Of a DNA stretch of 64,000 nt, positions 29,516-39,554 are shown piece after piece. The position numbers and the translations under genes were made by a program. Origin of the DNA: Terriglobia bacterium (GTDB taxonomy: Bacteria; Acidobacteriota; Terriglobia; UBA7540; JAPUME01); contig OZ244973.1 in the NCBI GenBank assembly GCA_965222885.1, forward strand, positions 1,398,172 through 1,462,171, read 5' to 3'. The notes under the pieces were generated by a model. That model saw nothing but the letters and a program-made list of their open reading frames with translations, did not search any database and was not told the origin of the DNA. Each line of letters starts with the position of its first letter. Within the stretch, counting starts at the first letter, position 1.

Positions 29516-31510
29516 TCAGTTCGCAAGAGTTCCCGGAGGGCCTTCTCGCAGCACTTTTTCCGCGCTGGCGATTTGCTCATGCGTTCCTTGCACCAGGAGG
29601 CAGTCGTGGGGCTGGAGTTGAAGATTCGGACGTGGGTTGGTCATGACGTTGCCGTGGCGCACCACCGCCACCAGCAGCACGCCGGTCGATTCCGGAATGG
29701 CCAACTGATCGAGTCGGGTACCGATACTGAGGGTGAAACGATCCAGGGCGAGGGTGGCGGATTGGAGGCCGCGGCCCAGGCCCGGGAAAGAAGGTTCCTC
29801 GGCCTGCCGATCATGGTCATCCGGGTACCCTGCGCTTTGCAATGCTTCGACCCGGCGACCGAGATCCTCGGGCAGGGTCCCATAAAGATGCAGGACGTGG
29901 GCCTGAATCTCAAAGACGGCTCCCAGTTCCTCGGAAACCGCCGTCGTGGCCCCGGACTCATAAAGTTCCTTCAGCGCTTTTAGCTGGCGGGTGCGGACAA
30001 TGATGGCAATCGACTCGGAGAGCGACCGCGCCATTCGCACCGTGCGCCCTACCAAAGAGGGATTGGTAATGGCAAACACGATGGCCCTCGCGTCTTGGAT
30101 GCCCGCATGCATCAGAATTTCCTTCCGAGTGCAGTCGCCGTAATAGATCTTCTCTCCTTCTTGTCGTCCTTTTTGAACCAGCTCGCCGTTCACTTCCAGG
30201 ACCAAGTAAGGAATATGCTTGCCGAAAAGAACTTTTGCCAGCAGCCGGCCATTGAGCCCATAGCCACAGACGATCACGTGATTCTTAAGGGTGGTCTCCT
30301 CTTCTTCGAGTGAATCAATGTGCGGGCCAAACAGCCGGTCCAGCCGGGCGGGAAGGGAAGCATGGAATGCCACATGGGGAGCGAAATGGATCAGAAGAGG
30401 AACCAGGAGAATGCTCAACCCCGTGGCCCCTAGAAATATCTGATACTGGTTTTCGGTAATCAGGTCCAGAGCTCTGCCCTGGCGGAGAAGAATGAAGCTG
30501 AATTCCCCCACCTGTGCTACTCCCAAACCTACCAGCACCGCTATCCGCAAAGGAAACCGGACCGCGAGCACCGCAATAACAGCCGTCAAGGCCTTGCCCA
30601 GGACGATTGCCAGACCCAGGCCCAGAACCATGGGAGCCTGGGTTCCGATGGTTCCAATATCGATCAGCATTCCCACCGAAATGAAGAAGAGGCTGGAAAA
30701 GATGTCGCGAAACGGAGTGACTTCAGTGAGTACTTGATGGCGGTATTCGGATTCGGAGAGCAGCAAGCCGGCTAGGAAAGCGCCGAAGGCCAGCGAAAGG
30801 CCGAAACTCTGAGCCAACCAAGCGGTGGCCAGCGCTACGGCGATGACTCCGATGATAAACATCTCTCTATGTTGGAGACGGACGATGCGCTCCAGCATGA
30901 AAGGAAAGATGTAGCGCGCCCCCACGAACAAGCCGATCATGGTGACCGCGCTCTTGACCAGAAGTAGCAAGAGGGAAACCAGCGACCAAGTCTCGCCGGG
31001 TACCAAGGAAGGAAGCAGCATCAGCATCGGCACCACGCAGATGTCCTGAAAGATCAGCAGTGCAAGGCTGATTTTGCCGTGCGCGGTGGTCAACTCGCCG
31101 CGCTCGATTAAGATTTTGGTTACGATGGCGGTGCTCGACAGCGCTACCAGGAGACCCCAGAAAAGCCCGGTGCGGGGGCTTTGGCCCAGCAGCAGCAGAA
31201 CCACCAGGGTGCTGCCCGCAGCCAACGATACCTGGAGACTGCCAGCCCGAAGGACTATCTGCCGCATCTGTTCCAGTTTCTTCAGTGAAAACTCAATCCC
31301 CAGCGTAAACAGCAGCAGTGCGACCCCAACTTCGGCCAGCAGGTCCACCGCTTCGCGGTCGCTCACCCACCCGAATCCGTGCGGGCCGACGATGATGCCG
31401 GTCAGCAGGTATCCAACGATGGCCGACTGGCGGAGCCGCTGCAGCAGCAGCATCACCGCAATGACCGTCAAGAAGACGATGACCAACTCGCCGAGTATCG
31501 GATGGAGCAT
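29516..31510 (-). CDS. CPA2-family monovalent cation:proton antiporter with TrkA-N/TrkA-C (RCK) domains
   Basis: ATG at 31510 gives MLHPILGELVIVFL..GYLLTGIIVGPHGFG. A multi-TM Na_H exchanger region is followed by the Rossmann segment VIVCGYGLNGR and a C-terminal TrkA-C-like domain. The track ORF starts at 31573. Confidence 0.8.
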   Translation of the reverse strand: MLHPILGELVIVFLTVIAVMLLLQRLRQSAIVGYLLTGIIVGPHGFGWVSDREAVDLLAEVGVALLLFTLGIEFSLKKLEQMRQIVLRAGSLQVSLAAGSTLVVLLLLGQSPRTGLFWGLLVALSSTAIVTKILIERGELTTAHGKISLALLIFQDICVVPMLMLLPSLVPGETWSLVSLLLLLVKSAVTMIGLFVGARYIFPFMLERIVRLQHREMFIIGVIAVALATAWLAQSFGLSLAFGAFLAGLLLSESEYRHQVLTEVTPFRDIFSSLFFISVGMLIDIGTIGTQAPMVLGLGLAIVLGKALTAVIAVLAVRFPLRIAVLVGLGVAQVGEFSFILLRQGRALDLITENQYQIFLGATGLSILLVPLLIHFAPHVAFHASLPARLDRLFGPHIDSLEEEETTLKNHVIVCGYGLNGRLLAKVLFGKHIPYLVLEVNGELVQKGRQEGEKIYYGDCTRKEILMHAGIQDARAIVFAITNPSLVGRTVRMARSLSESIAIIVRTRQLKALKELYESGATTAVSEELGAVFEIQAHVLHLYGTLPEDLGRRVEALQSAGYPDDHDRQAEEPSFPGLGRGLQSATLALDRFTLSIGTRLDQLAIPESTGVLLVAVVRHGNVMTNPRPNLQLQPHDCLLVQGTHEQIASAEKVLREGPPGTLAN

Positions 31511-31959
31511 GAAATTTACCGAATCTGATTGGGAAAATCGGCGGGCGCTTCCACCGCGATTTCCGGTTGGCAATCGAGACGCCGGGCTTAGATGATTCTC
31601 CGGCTCTCCGGGTTTTGACTCAATCGTAGGCGATACTCAATGCAGCCAAGCCCACACCATTCGCCCCAGCAGGGCGCTGAAAAACACTGCCGAGCGTCAT
31701 TCCCAGGGCCCACGCTCAATGTCGGCTCGAGGAATCCGCTTGTCCGTCAACGACCTGCGGTTGAAAGACAGATTCCTCGCTTCGTTCGGAATGGCAACGG
31801 AGCCGCTTTTTCAGCATCCTCCTGGGGCTATTATAGCGAACAACTATTTTTGCGAAGCAGGGAGCGGTGATCGGGCGATGCCTGGGTATTATTTCCCGCA
31901 CAGAGGAACCGGGTGAGTGCCGGCTGGCCATCGCGTTGGATGCAGTGCTTGGCTAGCAG

Positions 31960-31993
31960 CAGGCCGCCGGTTCGAATCCGGCCTGGGTCTCCA
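31960..31993 (+). other. tRNA 3'-half-like fragment (T-arm + acceptor 3' strand + CCA) without a matching 5' half
   Basis: GCCGG-TTCGAAT-CCGGC (canonical T-stem and GGTTCGAATCC loop), then CTGGGTC-T-CCA. No complementary GACCCAG and no foldable D or anticodon arms in the preceding 90 nt. Confidence 0.35.
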
Positions 31994-32055
31994 TTTAACT
32001 TCTTTGTTTTCAGCACCCTTATGCCTTCGCTCTCATTGCGGAAGACGGAATCGTA

Positions 32056-32079
32056 AAGAAACCGTCAGTAAACTGGCCC
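32056..32079 (+). repeat. island-flanking direct repeat, left copy (att-like)
   Basis: AAGAAACCGTCAGTAAACTGGCCC. 22 of 24 nt are identical to 41700-41723, with a 13-nt perfect core. Its last base is the first base of the integrase stop codon (32079-32081). Confidence 0.5.
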
Positions 32080-33254
32080 TAGCCGGCCAGTGCCGTCAAG
32101 CAAGTCGCGCCGTGCTCGTTCGCCTGCCGATCGAGCTGGGAGAGCGCTTCCCGCATCATGTTGAGCTTCGCCTGGCTGTAACGCTTGAACACCTGCGAAT
32201 CACCCTGCCGGAGCATCTGTGTCACGAAATGATCCGCCACGCCCCCGGCACTCAGCCGGGTCGCAAAGGTGTGGCGCAACTCGTACAGCGAAAAATGGGG
32301 AATACCGGCACGCTGGAGCGTCCGGTCCCACAGCTTTTGCACTCTCGTGATGTGCGGCTTGCTTGATCCCGTCTGCGGGCTCGGGAACAGGTAGTCGGAA
32401 TCGCCGCTCTGCTTCATCTGCGAGGCGAACGCTTCGCGGACTCGGTCCGTCATCGGCATGTCCGCGATGCCGTTCACCGTCTTGGAATCCGGCAGATGCA
32501 CGATCCCGTTCTCCAGATCCACCTGTTCCTTGCGCATCGGGATCAACTCCCGATAGGGCCGCAGCCCCATCTCCACCATGATCACGATGATGTTGCGCAA
32601 GTGCACAGGTGCGCAGGCTTCCAGCCGGGCCTGCTCCGAGGCACTCAGATAGTGCGGCTTGCGCGTCGTGCCCGCCAACGGGACCGGAAACTCCACCCCG
32701 CTGCACGGATTGACCGCCAGCCGCCGCTTCTTCACCGCCACGTTCAGGATGCGTCGCAGGATGCGAAGCTCCTGATGCACGGTGGCCGGCTTGAGCCGAC
32801 CGCGAAGTTGCAACCCCAACTTGGTGTGCACCCGTTTGCCGGTGTTCAATCGGTTCATCAGGTACGATTCGATCTCCTCCGGCGTGATGTCCGCCAGTCT
32901 CTTCGCGCCGAACCGGGGTCTGAGGAACTTCAGCGCGCCGAGGTTTCGCTGATGGGTATTCTCGCTCCGGAAGGGCGGTTTAGAGCGATTCGCAAGGAAC
33001 CAGTCCGCCCATTGGTTGAAGCTGATCCCACCGTCCGGCGCGGCGCTCGGCGGCAGCCCCTCGTCGCGAGCCACCAACCGTTTACGCATCACCTTCTCGG
33101 CTTCGCCTCTCTCCCTCTCACCGGTCGACTCCTGTCTGAATCTTCCGTCGTGGTCCCGGTAGCTCATCCACCAGAGGCGTGAATCGCGCCGGCGGTAGAG
33201 GCTACCGGCGGTATTTCTGGGTCTACCTATCTTGTTGTTCATCGATTCCTCCAT
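32079..33254 (-). CDS. int: tyrosine-type site-specific integrase
   Basis: 391 aa. SAM-like N-domain. Catalytic region MGLRPYRE (R), LYELRHTFATRL (HxxR), VFKRYSQ (Y). Confidence 0.85.
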   Translation of the reverse strand: MEESMNNKIGRPRNTAGSLYRRRDSRLWWMSYRDHDGRFRQESTGERERGEAEKVMRKRLVARDEGLPPSAAPDGGISFNQWADWFLANRSKPPFRSENTHQRNLGALKFLRPRFGAKRLADITPEEIESYLMNRLNTGKRVHTKLGLQLRGRLKPATVHQELRILRRILNVAVKKRRLAVNPCSGVEFPVPLAGTTRKPHYLSASEQARLEACAPVHLRNIIVIMVEMGLRPYRELIPMRKEQVDLENGIVHLPDSKTVNGIADMPMTDRVREAFASQMKQSGDSDYLFPSPQTGSSKPHITRVQKLWDRTLQRAGIPHFSLYELRHTFATRLSAGGVADHFVTQMLRQGDSQVFKRYSQAKLNMMREALSQLDRQANEHGATCLTALAG

Positions 33255-33405
33255 TCACATGAAATTGTTGACGCCACTCGGCCAGCTCCGAGAGTCGGAA
33301 GCGGATCGAGCGGCCCATCATGCGGTAATGGGGAATCTGCCTTCGCTCCACGTAAGCATACACCAGCGAGGGGCTGACGCCCAAGAATCGGGCGGCGTCC
33401 TTCAC
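33223..33405 (-). CDS. xis: excisionase-family helix-turn-helix DNA-binding protein (AlpA/Xis-like)
   Basis: MKDAARFLGVSPSLVYAYVERRQIPHYRMMGRSIRFRLSELAEW. It lies immediately upstream of int and overlaps its start. Confidence 0.7.
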   Translation of the reverse strand: MKDAARFLGVSPSLVYAYVERRQIPHYRMMGRSIRFRLSELAEWRQQFHVNGGIDEQQDR

Positions 33406-33542
33406 CGTTGGAGCGGTTAGTAGCCGTCCAGGGCGCGTGTTTCGTTTCGCGGTGGAGCGGACCTTGGACGGACAGGAGCTGGCCGGAATCCCTCACGCCC
33501 GAGGGGATGCGGTGGTGCCTTGCTTCGCAGGCAGGGTTGATG

Positions 33543-34143
33543 CTACTGTACTGCACAGAGCAACCCAAAGACAGTAGCCAGCATACCCTTTGGGGCCACG
33601 CTCCGCGCTGGCCCCGGCAGGGGCTGGTCAGGGGGCTTGCCGCCCCCTGAGACCCCCGGCCCGGAAAGAGGAGCGCAGATGAGCCGATCGCCACGCCCCG
33701 TGTGGGTCAAGATTCGTGCCAGCGAAGCCGAACGCGCCAGCAGCCCGCAAACATGGCGCTCGCTCAACTGCGGCAACGCTTGCCTGAGCTGCGCCTGACT
33801 GCCTACGAGCTGTAGCCGTTTTTTTCTATGACCAGCTTCAACGCCTCTTTGTCCAGCGCGTACTCGGCCACCAGCTTCTTCAGCTTGGCGTTCTCTTCCT
33901 GGAGTCGCTTCAACTCCTGCGCCTCGGCTACATCCAGCCCGCCGTACTTCTGTTTCCAGGCGTAGATGGTGTGCTTGGACACTCCAACCTCGCGGGCGAC
34001 TTCTTCGACCTTGCGTCCCGCTTCCACTTGCTTCACTGCGCCAATGATCTGCGCTTCCGTGTGGGCGCTCCTGCTCATCCGCTTTCTCCTTTCCTTCGTC
34101 CGATTATCGGACCGTTAGTGTGCGGATTGCGGGGGGAAGGTCA
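33543..34143 (-). mobile_element. IS3-family remnant A (left IR + OrfA + short OrfB N-terminal trace)
   Basis: On the minus strand the end reads TGACCTTCCCCCCGCAATCCGCACAC from 34143. OrfA looks intact. Only an OrfB-like trace (LSERHVCGLLARSASLARI) follows, and no rve domain. The inner boundary is approximate. Confidence 0.55.
33803..34078 (-). CDS. IS3-family transposase OrfA (HTH_Tnp_1)
   Basis: MSRSAHTEAQIIGAVKQVEAGRKVEEVAREVGVSKHTIYAWKQKYGGLDVAEAQELKRLQEENAKLKKLVAE. Confidence 0.8.
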   Translation of the reverse strand: MSRSAHTEAQIIGAVKQVEAGRKVEEVAREVGVSKHTIYAWKQKYGGLDVAEAQELKRLQEENAKLKKLVAEYALDKEALKLVIEKNGYSS

Positions 34144-34885
34144 GTTTTCGTATCACTATTCCAACTGCTACTCGCTTGACGATGACACCATAGCGGATTG
34201 AGTCAACGATTGTTCGCTCCACAATTTCCCCTCTCTTTCGCGCCATCTCGTCGAGCTGCTTGGTGGTGTAGAACGATACGACCGGCTGGCCGAAGTTGGC
34301 CCACCGGCGACCGAACTCAAGCCGGCCGCTGAAGAAGCGGCCAAACAGCTTCTTGACGTAGAAGATCACGGGCAGGAGAAAAGCCGGGCCGAATGTCGGC
34401 TCGAAGACGATCAGATGCCCGCCTGGCTTCAGTAACGTCATCGCGTTCCTCATACAGCGATTGGCTGCGTGGTGCGACTCGGCACGAGTTGGGCCGATCA
34501 GGTGGTGGAGCACCGCGCCGAGCACGCAGAAATCGTAGGTGTCCACATACTCCATGACTAGATGGCTATCGAGGATCGATCCCGAGATCGTCTTGCACCC
34601 GACGGCCACTTCAGCCTTGCGCAGATAGTTCTCGCTGATGTCCATGCCAGTCAGATCGGTCAGCGGCGTCTGTTGCTGGATGAGCGATAGGGTGGCTCCG
34701 TCTCCACATCCGATGTCAATTAGTTTTGATTCTGAAGTGCCGTTCTCGCGGAGGAAGGAGAGTGCGAACTCAAATCGACGAGGGTCAAACGACGGTGTAA
34801 AGGTATCAAAGTAGTCTTTCGTACTCTGATCCTCCGTAATATCTGGCAGGCCTGTTAGCCTTTTCAACGGCTCGATGTTCTCCAA
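34115..34885 (-). CDS. class I SAM-dependent methyltransferase (C-terminus replaced by the IS3 end)
   Basis: Motif I LIDIGCGDGATL and post-I DLTGMDIS. The last codons K-L-T-F-P-P-Q-S-A-H-stop are encoded by the IS3 terminal repeat. Confidence 0.75.
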   Translation of the reverse strand: MENIEPLKRLTGLPDITEDQSTKDYFDTFTPSFDPRRFEFALSFLRENGTSESKLIDIGCGDGATLSLIQQQTPLTDLTGMDISENYLRKAEVAVGCKTISGSILDSHLVMEYVDTYDFCVLGAVLHHLIGPTRAESHHAANRCMRNAMTLLKPGGHLIVFEPTFGPAFLLPVIFYVKKLFGRFFSGRLEFGRRWANFGQPVVSFYTTKQLDEMARKRGEIVERTIVDSIRYGVIVKRVAVGIVIRKLTFPPQSAH

Positions 34886-35149
34886 TTAAGCGAACGCATC
34901 GGACGGATTCTCGCCCAACCTAGCCTCAACAGCACGCTCGCAGCATCCTCTTCAGCGCCAGCCGAACCTCGTTCGGCAGCGCGAGTTTCATCGCTCGCGG
35001 CAGACATCAAGCCGCTAGCAGCCCGAATCGCTTGAGCGAGGGATTCTCCAGCGTGTAGAACCGGCCGCAGGACAGCGGCAATCCTACAAACGCGCACAGC
35101 TTGCCGCAACTCTCGGAGCATTTCAAAGGATCGCCAAACAAGTTCGCGC

Positions 35150-36070
35150 TTATGGGAATGACTCCCCTGTCTTCTTCCAGGACGGTAATTCTCTGCCAAT
35201 CAGTTCTTCCAGGCGATCAACGTCTTCTGAATAGAGGTTCCGCAAGTATCCTCGGACACCCTCGCCTACGGTAAGACCGTTTCTGGCTACATTGATCTTT
35301 CGGTAGAGTCTGCCGAGGGGTGAGCGAGAAAGGTGGATGATGCTCCTCGGCGCGTATCTTCTGATGCAGCGCCGCACAGGTCGCCACAAGGCTTCTATGA
35401 ATTCATACTTGTTCACGTATCCCTTATTAAGAATTGTTGAGACAATCGGTGGAACGTAGGTGTCATCAACACCCAGGAACCCATAGAGTTCCTTTAGAAC
35501 GTTGTGCCTTAAGGGGTCAGCATCTATGTCGTCTTTGATAATGATATGCACGTTCCCCACGCCAAACGTGTCCAGATAACTCTTGAGTGGGGCGGAGTAC
35601 ATACCTTCCTGGACCAAATCGGGATACATCGACACTGCCGCGTGCATTGTGTCCATGTTCAACGTCCGGAAGTCACGCTTGCTGAGCAGCCTGCGACGAA
35701 TGTAATGCTGGTAATGCGAGACGAACCGGCTCGCCGGGTTGCGAAGGGACACGATGACTTGCAAGTTACCCAGCGCGTTCCGTATGTTAGTGGGAGGCAC
35801 ATTGACGAGGTAGCGGGGCGTGAACTCACCGGCGGCTTTGTACTTGTTGCCATTTCTGAAATGCTTCAGATACCACCCCATTCCTTTATCCGCATTCCTG
35901 TCGAAAAATTGTATTTCCTTGGGAGAGGTCATGAGTATCTCAGGGTGGCAGTAAAGGCACTCCGCAAGCCAGGTGCTGGCGCATTTATGTCCTCCAACAC
36001 CGATAAAGGTAGGACGCGGTGGATTTTGCAAGAGGGGGGATTTCACGCCGTGCGTCTTGGTGGCAGTCAT
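35150..36070 (-). CDS. sulfotransferase family protein
   Basis: 5'-PSB-like FIGVGGHKCASTWL and 3'-PB-like VSLRNPASRFVSHYQH, the PAPS-binding motifs. Confidence 0.75.
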   Translation of the reverse strand: MTATKTHGVKSPLLQNPPRPTFIGVGGHKCASTWLAECLYCHPEILMTSPKEIQFFDRNADKGMGWYLKHFRNGNKYKAAGEFTPRYLVNVPPTNIRNALGNLQVIVSLRNPASRFVSHYQHYIRRRLLSKRDFRTLNMDTMHAAVSMYPDLVQEGMYSAPLKSYLDTFGVGNVHIIIKDDIDADPLRHNVLKELYGFLGVDDTYVPPIVSTILNKGYVNKYEFIEALWRPVRRCIRRYAPRSIIHLSRSPLGRLYRKINVARNGLTVGEGVRGYLRNLYSEDVDRLEELIGRELPSWKKTGESFP

Positions 36071-36289
36071 AGTGTGTCTCTCCTTTTCCAGAAGTCATGA
36101 TTCTCCTGTATTCATTGCAGCCCTCGCGTCGAGATTCCTTTGTTCGGAGCGGGGATTTTGGGCTTTGTCTGGATTTTCCCTTCCTGAACCGCCAAAAGCT
36201 GATTGGCCGGAACGTCTTGGATTCGCTCCGCGGCTCCGCCGAGCGGTCCGGCCGTGGCGCGCCGAAGCCAGACGCCGTCCGTTAGTCGC

Positions 36290-36700
36290 TCACCGGCCTC
36301 GTCCACGGCTCGCTTGCAGGTCTCGAAGTGGCGCGCGAGAACCGTTTCGGCCTCGGTCCCGAGGCGAGTCCGCTGGCCGACCGCGGGCCGGAAGAAGATG
36401 CGCCGCACGCGCGTGCTGTCCTTGAGCCGCTGTAGCAGACCGAGGCAGCCAGCGCCCCAGGGGAAAAACCCGAGCGTCTTGCTTGGCGGTAATGACGCTG
36501 GCGTTTTCCGCCTGGTTCACGTGCATGGTGCGCAATTTGAATAAGTTGAACACCCGTCCGTTCAACCCCACCCGCGACGCCCGGTAGAGAATGGGTCCGG
36601 GACTCGCCAGTGCAATGCCAAAAGCGGCAGCCAGAAGCAGCGGGCAAGAGAGAACCAAAAGGCACGCGGCCAGCACCCAATCGAACAAGCGTTGTGTCAA
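36290..36700 (-). pseudogene. bacterial sugar transferase (polyprenyl-phosphate glycosyl-1-P transferase) N-terminal stub
   Basis: QRLFDWVLAACLLVLSCPLLLAAAFGIALASPGPILYRASRVGLNGRVFNLFKLRTM... matches the family up to DARVFPLGRWL. The expected LDELPQL/GPRP motifs are absent in every frame I read. Confidence 0.5.
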
Positions 36701-36977
36701 CTCGACTGACCCTCGGTAACTTTCCTACGGTTTTGGCGGGTTCACATCTTTGGTTTGGCTTGCAGATTTCACCCTCGGGCAATTCTATACTATGCTATGA
36801 ATGATTGCCTGGCTCCGTCAATCCTTTGTACTCGTTCCGTCAATGCCGTACACGGAACCTCCTTTCGTGATCGTGAAGATAGGCTGACCTTATCCGAGGG
36901 AGTACTTGAGGCTTCGTTTTCGGAGTGAGGGAGGCTGTTTTCCGAACGCTCCGACCACCGAAACGGCAAAAACTCCC

Positions 36978-38324
36978 ATGGCGAAAAAAGCCTCCCGAAA
37001 CGCGAATGCGGCTGGCAGCCACGAATTCGTAATCATCCTGGGCACTCGGATCGTGCTGCTGGTTACCGGTGTTTTGTACCAGAGCCTGCTGTCCTACACT
37101 CTTCTTCCCGAAGGCCGGGGGGCCTACGCAATCTGTGTTTTGTTCGGGTTGCTGCTGGGCATCCTCTTTACCCTTGGTGCCGGCCGTGGGTCGCAGTATT
37201 TCGTTATGGCGCAACAGATGAGCCTTTCCCAGGGTGTTTCGGTCGCCTTGACGATCTCGCTGGCCGGAAGTGGCTTGGCGATCGCTTTGGCAATACCGTT
37301 CATTCACGGCGAGCTGGCCTTCTTGGAGAAAGCAAGCTCCCCGTCTCTTTTTTGGGCCCTCGCTTTAATTCCTCTCACGTCATTCTCAACGGCAATGTCA
37401 TTGCAGCTCCGCGGGCTAAGGCGATTTGCCAGGATGGCGATCTTTTCATCCCTGCGATCCATCGTGGGAATCCTTGTACTTGTCAGTCTTGTTTGGGGCC
37501 TTGGCCTTGGCGTGAGGGGAGCGATTCTTGCCATCGCCTTCGGTAACCTTGCCCTGATCGTAGCCTGTATCCTGGACCTCAGGAGACACTGTGGGCTCGT
37601 GTGGCAAATGCCCACCCGTTCCGGATTGACACGCGCCCTGGGCTACGGAGTACGGCACAATATTGCCCAAGTCGGTGCCGTACTCCAAGATCGACTTGGC
37701 AGTCTGTTGTTGGCAATCACCGCTTCTCGGGCCGATATTGGACTTTTCAGCGCCGGAAGTGCGATGATGACGCGTGTGTTTATCGTTCCGTTCTCCATCT
37801 CCATTGCGCTCCAGCCCCGCGTCGCCGCCGACCAGGCGGGTCGGCCTGAACTGACCGCATTTTGTGCCCGCGTTGCTTGGTGGACCACTGGAGTCGTGCT
37901 GGCCGTGTTGCTGGCAGTCAGCACACCGCTGATTCGGCTCCTGCTTTCGGAGGCTTTCCTGCCCGTAGTTCCGCTCATCTGGATCATGGCGCTCGGGGTT
38001 TTTGCCTACTCCGGTGCGGACATGTTCATGTCCTACTTTCGCGGCATCAACCGCCCGGAACTGTGCTCGTGGGCCAGTTTCCTGGGGATGAGCGCAAATG
38101 TTGTCGCGTTCTTTGCCCTCTATCCGGCGGTTGGTATCGAGGCAGCCGCCTGGGGGATGACCACGGGTCTGTTCGTCCGCAGCGCCTTTCTGCTCATGGG
38201 TTACCTCCGTATAAGTCGGATGGGCTTGCTCTCTACCTGCTTGCTAAAACCGGGTGACATTGCGTACCTGTGGAATGAGGGGCGATTCTTGATGAACCGT
38301 GCGGTGGGGAAGCGTTTTGGTTAG
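36978..38324 (+). CDS. Wzx-like polysaccharide flippase (MOP superfamily)
   Basis: ATG at 36978 (MAKKASRN...). 448 aa and very hydrophobic, with many predicted TM segments typical of O-unit flippases. Confidence 0.65.
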   Translation: MAKKASRNANAAGSHEFVIILGTRIVLLVTGVLYQSLLSYTLLPEGRGAYAICVLFGLLLGILFTLGAGRGSQYFVMAQQMSLSQGVSVALTISLAGSGLAIALAIPFIHGELAFLEKASSPSLFWALALIPLTSFSTAMSLQLRGLRRFARMAIFSSLRSIVGILVLVSLVWGLGLGVRGAILAIAFGNLALIVACILDLRRHCGLVWQMPTRSGLTRALGYGVRHNIAQVGAVLQDRLGSLLLAITASRADIGLFSAGSAMMTRVFIVPFSISIALQPRVAADQAGRPELTAFCARVAWWTTGVVLAVLLAVSTPLIRLLLSEAFLPVVPLIWIMALGVFAYSGADMFMSYFRGINRPELCSWASFLGMSANVVAFFALYPAVGIEAAAWGMTTGLFVRSAFLLMGYLRISRMGLLSTCLLKPGDIAYLWNEGRFLMNRAVGKRFG

Positions 38325-38417
38325 GAGCCAGAGCCTTCAAGGGCCGAGCTGAATAGGGGCCTCCAGGTTCAACAGAGGCCGGATAACTTAAATCTTTTTT
38401 GGGACTACATTCTGAAC

Positions 38418-39554
38418 ATGGCGCCTGCGAGAATCCTTTGCATATTACCCCGATTGACCAACCCCACGAACGCCACACGCATCGACATGTTGCAGAAGAA
38501 AGGCTATCAAGTCGAGGCCATGACCTTTCGAAGAGACTCTCACCACGGGCGGCTGCCCAATTGTCCTGTCGCAACCTTGGGTTCCATCCGGAATGAGTGC
38601 TACCTGAGGCGCATACTAACGCTGATTGGGTCCATACCGAAGCTTCGACCTGCGATACGACGTAGCCAACTGGTGTACGCGTTCAATACGGACTTGGCGC
38701 TCACGGCTTTTATAGCGGGATTGGGCTTGGGAAAACCCATCGTACTCGAGGTCAGAGACATCCGAGAAATTCAGGTCGCCCGGGGTTTGAAGGGTCGGAT
38801 CGTGCGGTCAATGGATAGGTTTATTGTAGAGCGTTGTCGTCTATTAATAGTATGTTCCTCTGGATACTATCGCTATTTTCGTGACTGGTTGAAGACGAGA
38901 ACACGCAGTCTTGTTATTGAAACCAAGGTCGAGTCTTTCCGCGCCGTGGCAGGTGGAGGAGACGAATCACCGGCAGCGGCGGGGGTTCCATTTCTCGACC
39001 GACCTTTGAGAATCGGTTACTTCTCAAAGCTACGGGATCAATGGTCTCTCGATTTTCTTGAGTGCTTGATCAGGTTATCGAACGGGAGATTCAAAGTCGT
39101 CGTTGCGGGAATGGTGTCACCGAAGATCCACCAATTCGACAGGTTTCTTGAGAGAAACCCGGGTATCGAATACAGGGGCCAATATCGGCATCCCGAGGAT
39201 ATGCCGGAATTGTATGGGAATGTGGACATGATACTAGCTTGCTACCCTGCGGTAATACCCCACGGCTGGTCCCATTCCACTCGATACTACGAGTCTTGCT
39301 TCTTTCGCAAACCCCTGATCGTTCGAGCCGGCACGAGAGACGCCGGGGAAGTAGAGAGACACCGGATCGGCTTCATCATCGGTGAAAGGAGGCCAGAGGA
39401 TGCCGTGAAAGAGATTAGCGCCATTACTGCCGACGACTGGTTCCGTTGGTGCGCACACATGGCAGAGCTGCCTCCTCATGTCTATTTGCATACTCGGGAA
39501 GCGGATGATTTGGCCGCAGCGCTGGAGGAACTCTGCATGTCAAGTCCGTCATGA
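38418..39554 (+). CDS. putative glycosyltransferase (GT-B/GT4-like)
   Basis: 378 aa. N-terminal ILCILPRL...GYQVEAMTF and C-terminal ...VDMILACYP...YYESCFFRKPLIV...GFII follow the GT4 layout. No strict motif was verified. Confidence 0.45.
   Translation: MAPARILCILPRLTNPTNATRIDMLQKKGYQVEAMTFRRDSHHGRLPNCPVATLGSIRNECYLRRILTLIGSIPKLRPAIRRSQLVYAFNTDLALTAFIAGLGLGKPIVLEVRDIREIQVARGLKGRIVRSMDRFIVERCRLLIVCSSGYYRYFRDWLKTRTRSLVIETKVESFRAVAGGGDESPAAAGVPFLDRPLRIGYFSKLRDQWSLDFLECLIRLSNGRFKVVVAGMVSPKIHQFDRFLERNPGIEYRGQYRHPEDMPELYGNVDMILACYPAVIPHGWSHSTRYYESCFFRKPLIVRAGTRDAGEVERHRIGFIIGERRPEDAVKEISAITADDWFRWCAHMAELPPHVYLHTREADDLAAALEELCMSSPS

Noticed and set aside
31861-31993. An intact tRNA (including Ser/Leu/Sec long-arm types) or tmRNA ending at the GGTTCGAATCC...CCA element.
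   Set aside because: No complementary acceptor 5' strand, no D-arm and no 7-nt anticodon loop with a flanking 5-bp stem could be drawn. There is no GGGG... tmRNA 5' end or tag ORF in the preceding 400 nt. Reported only as a fragment.
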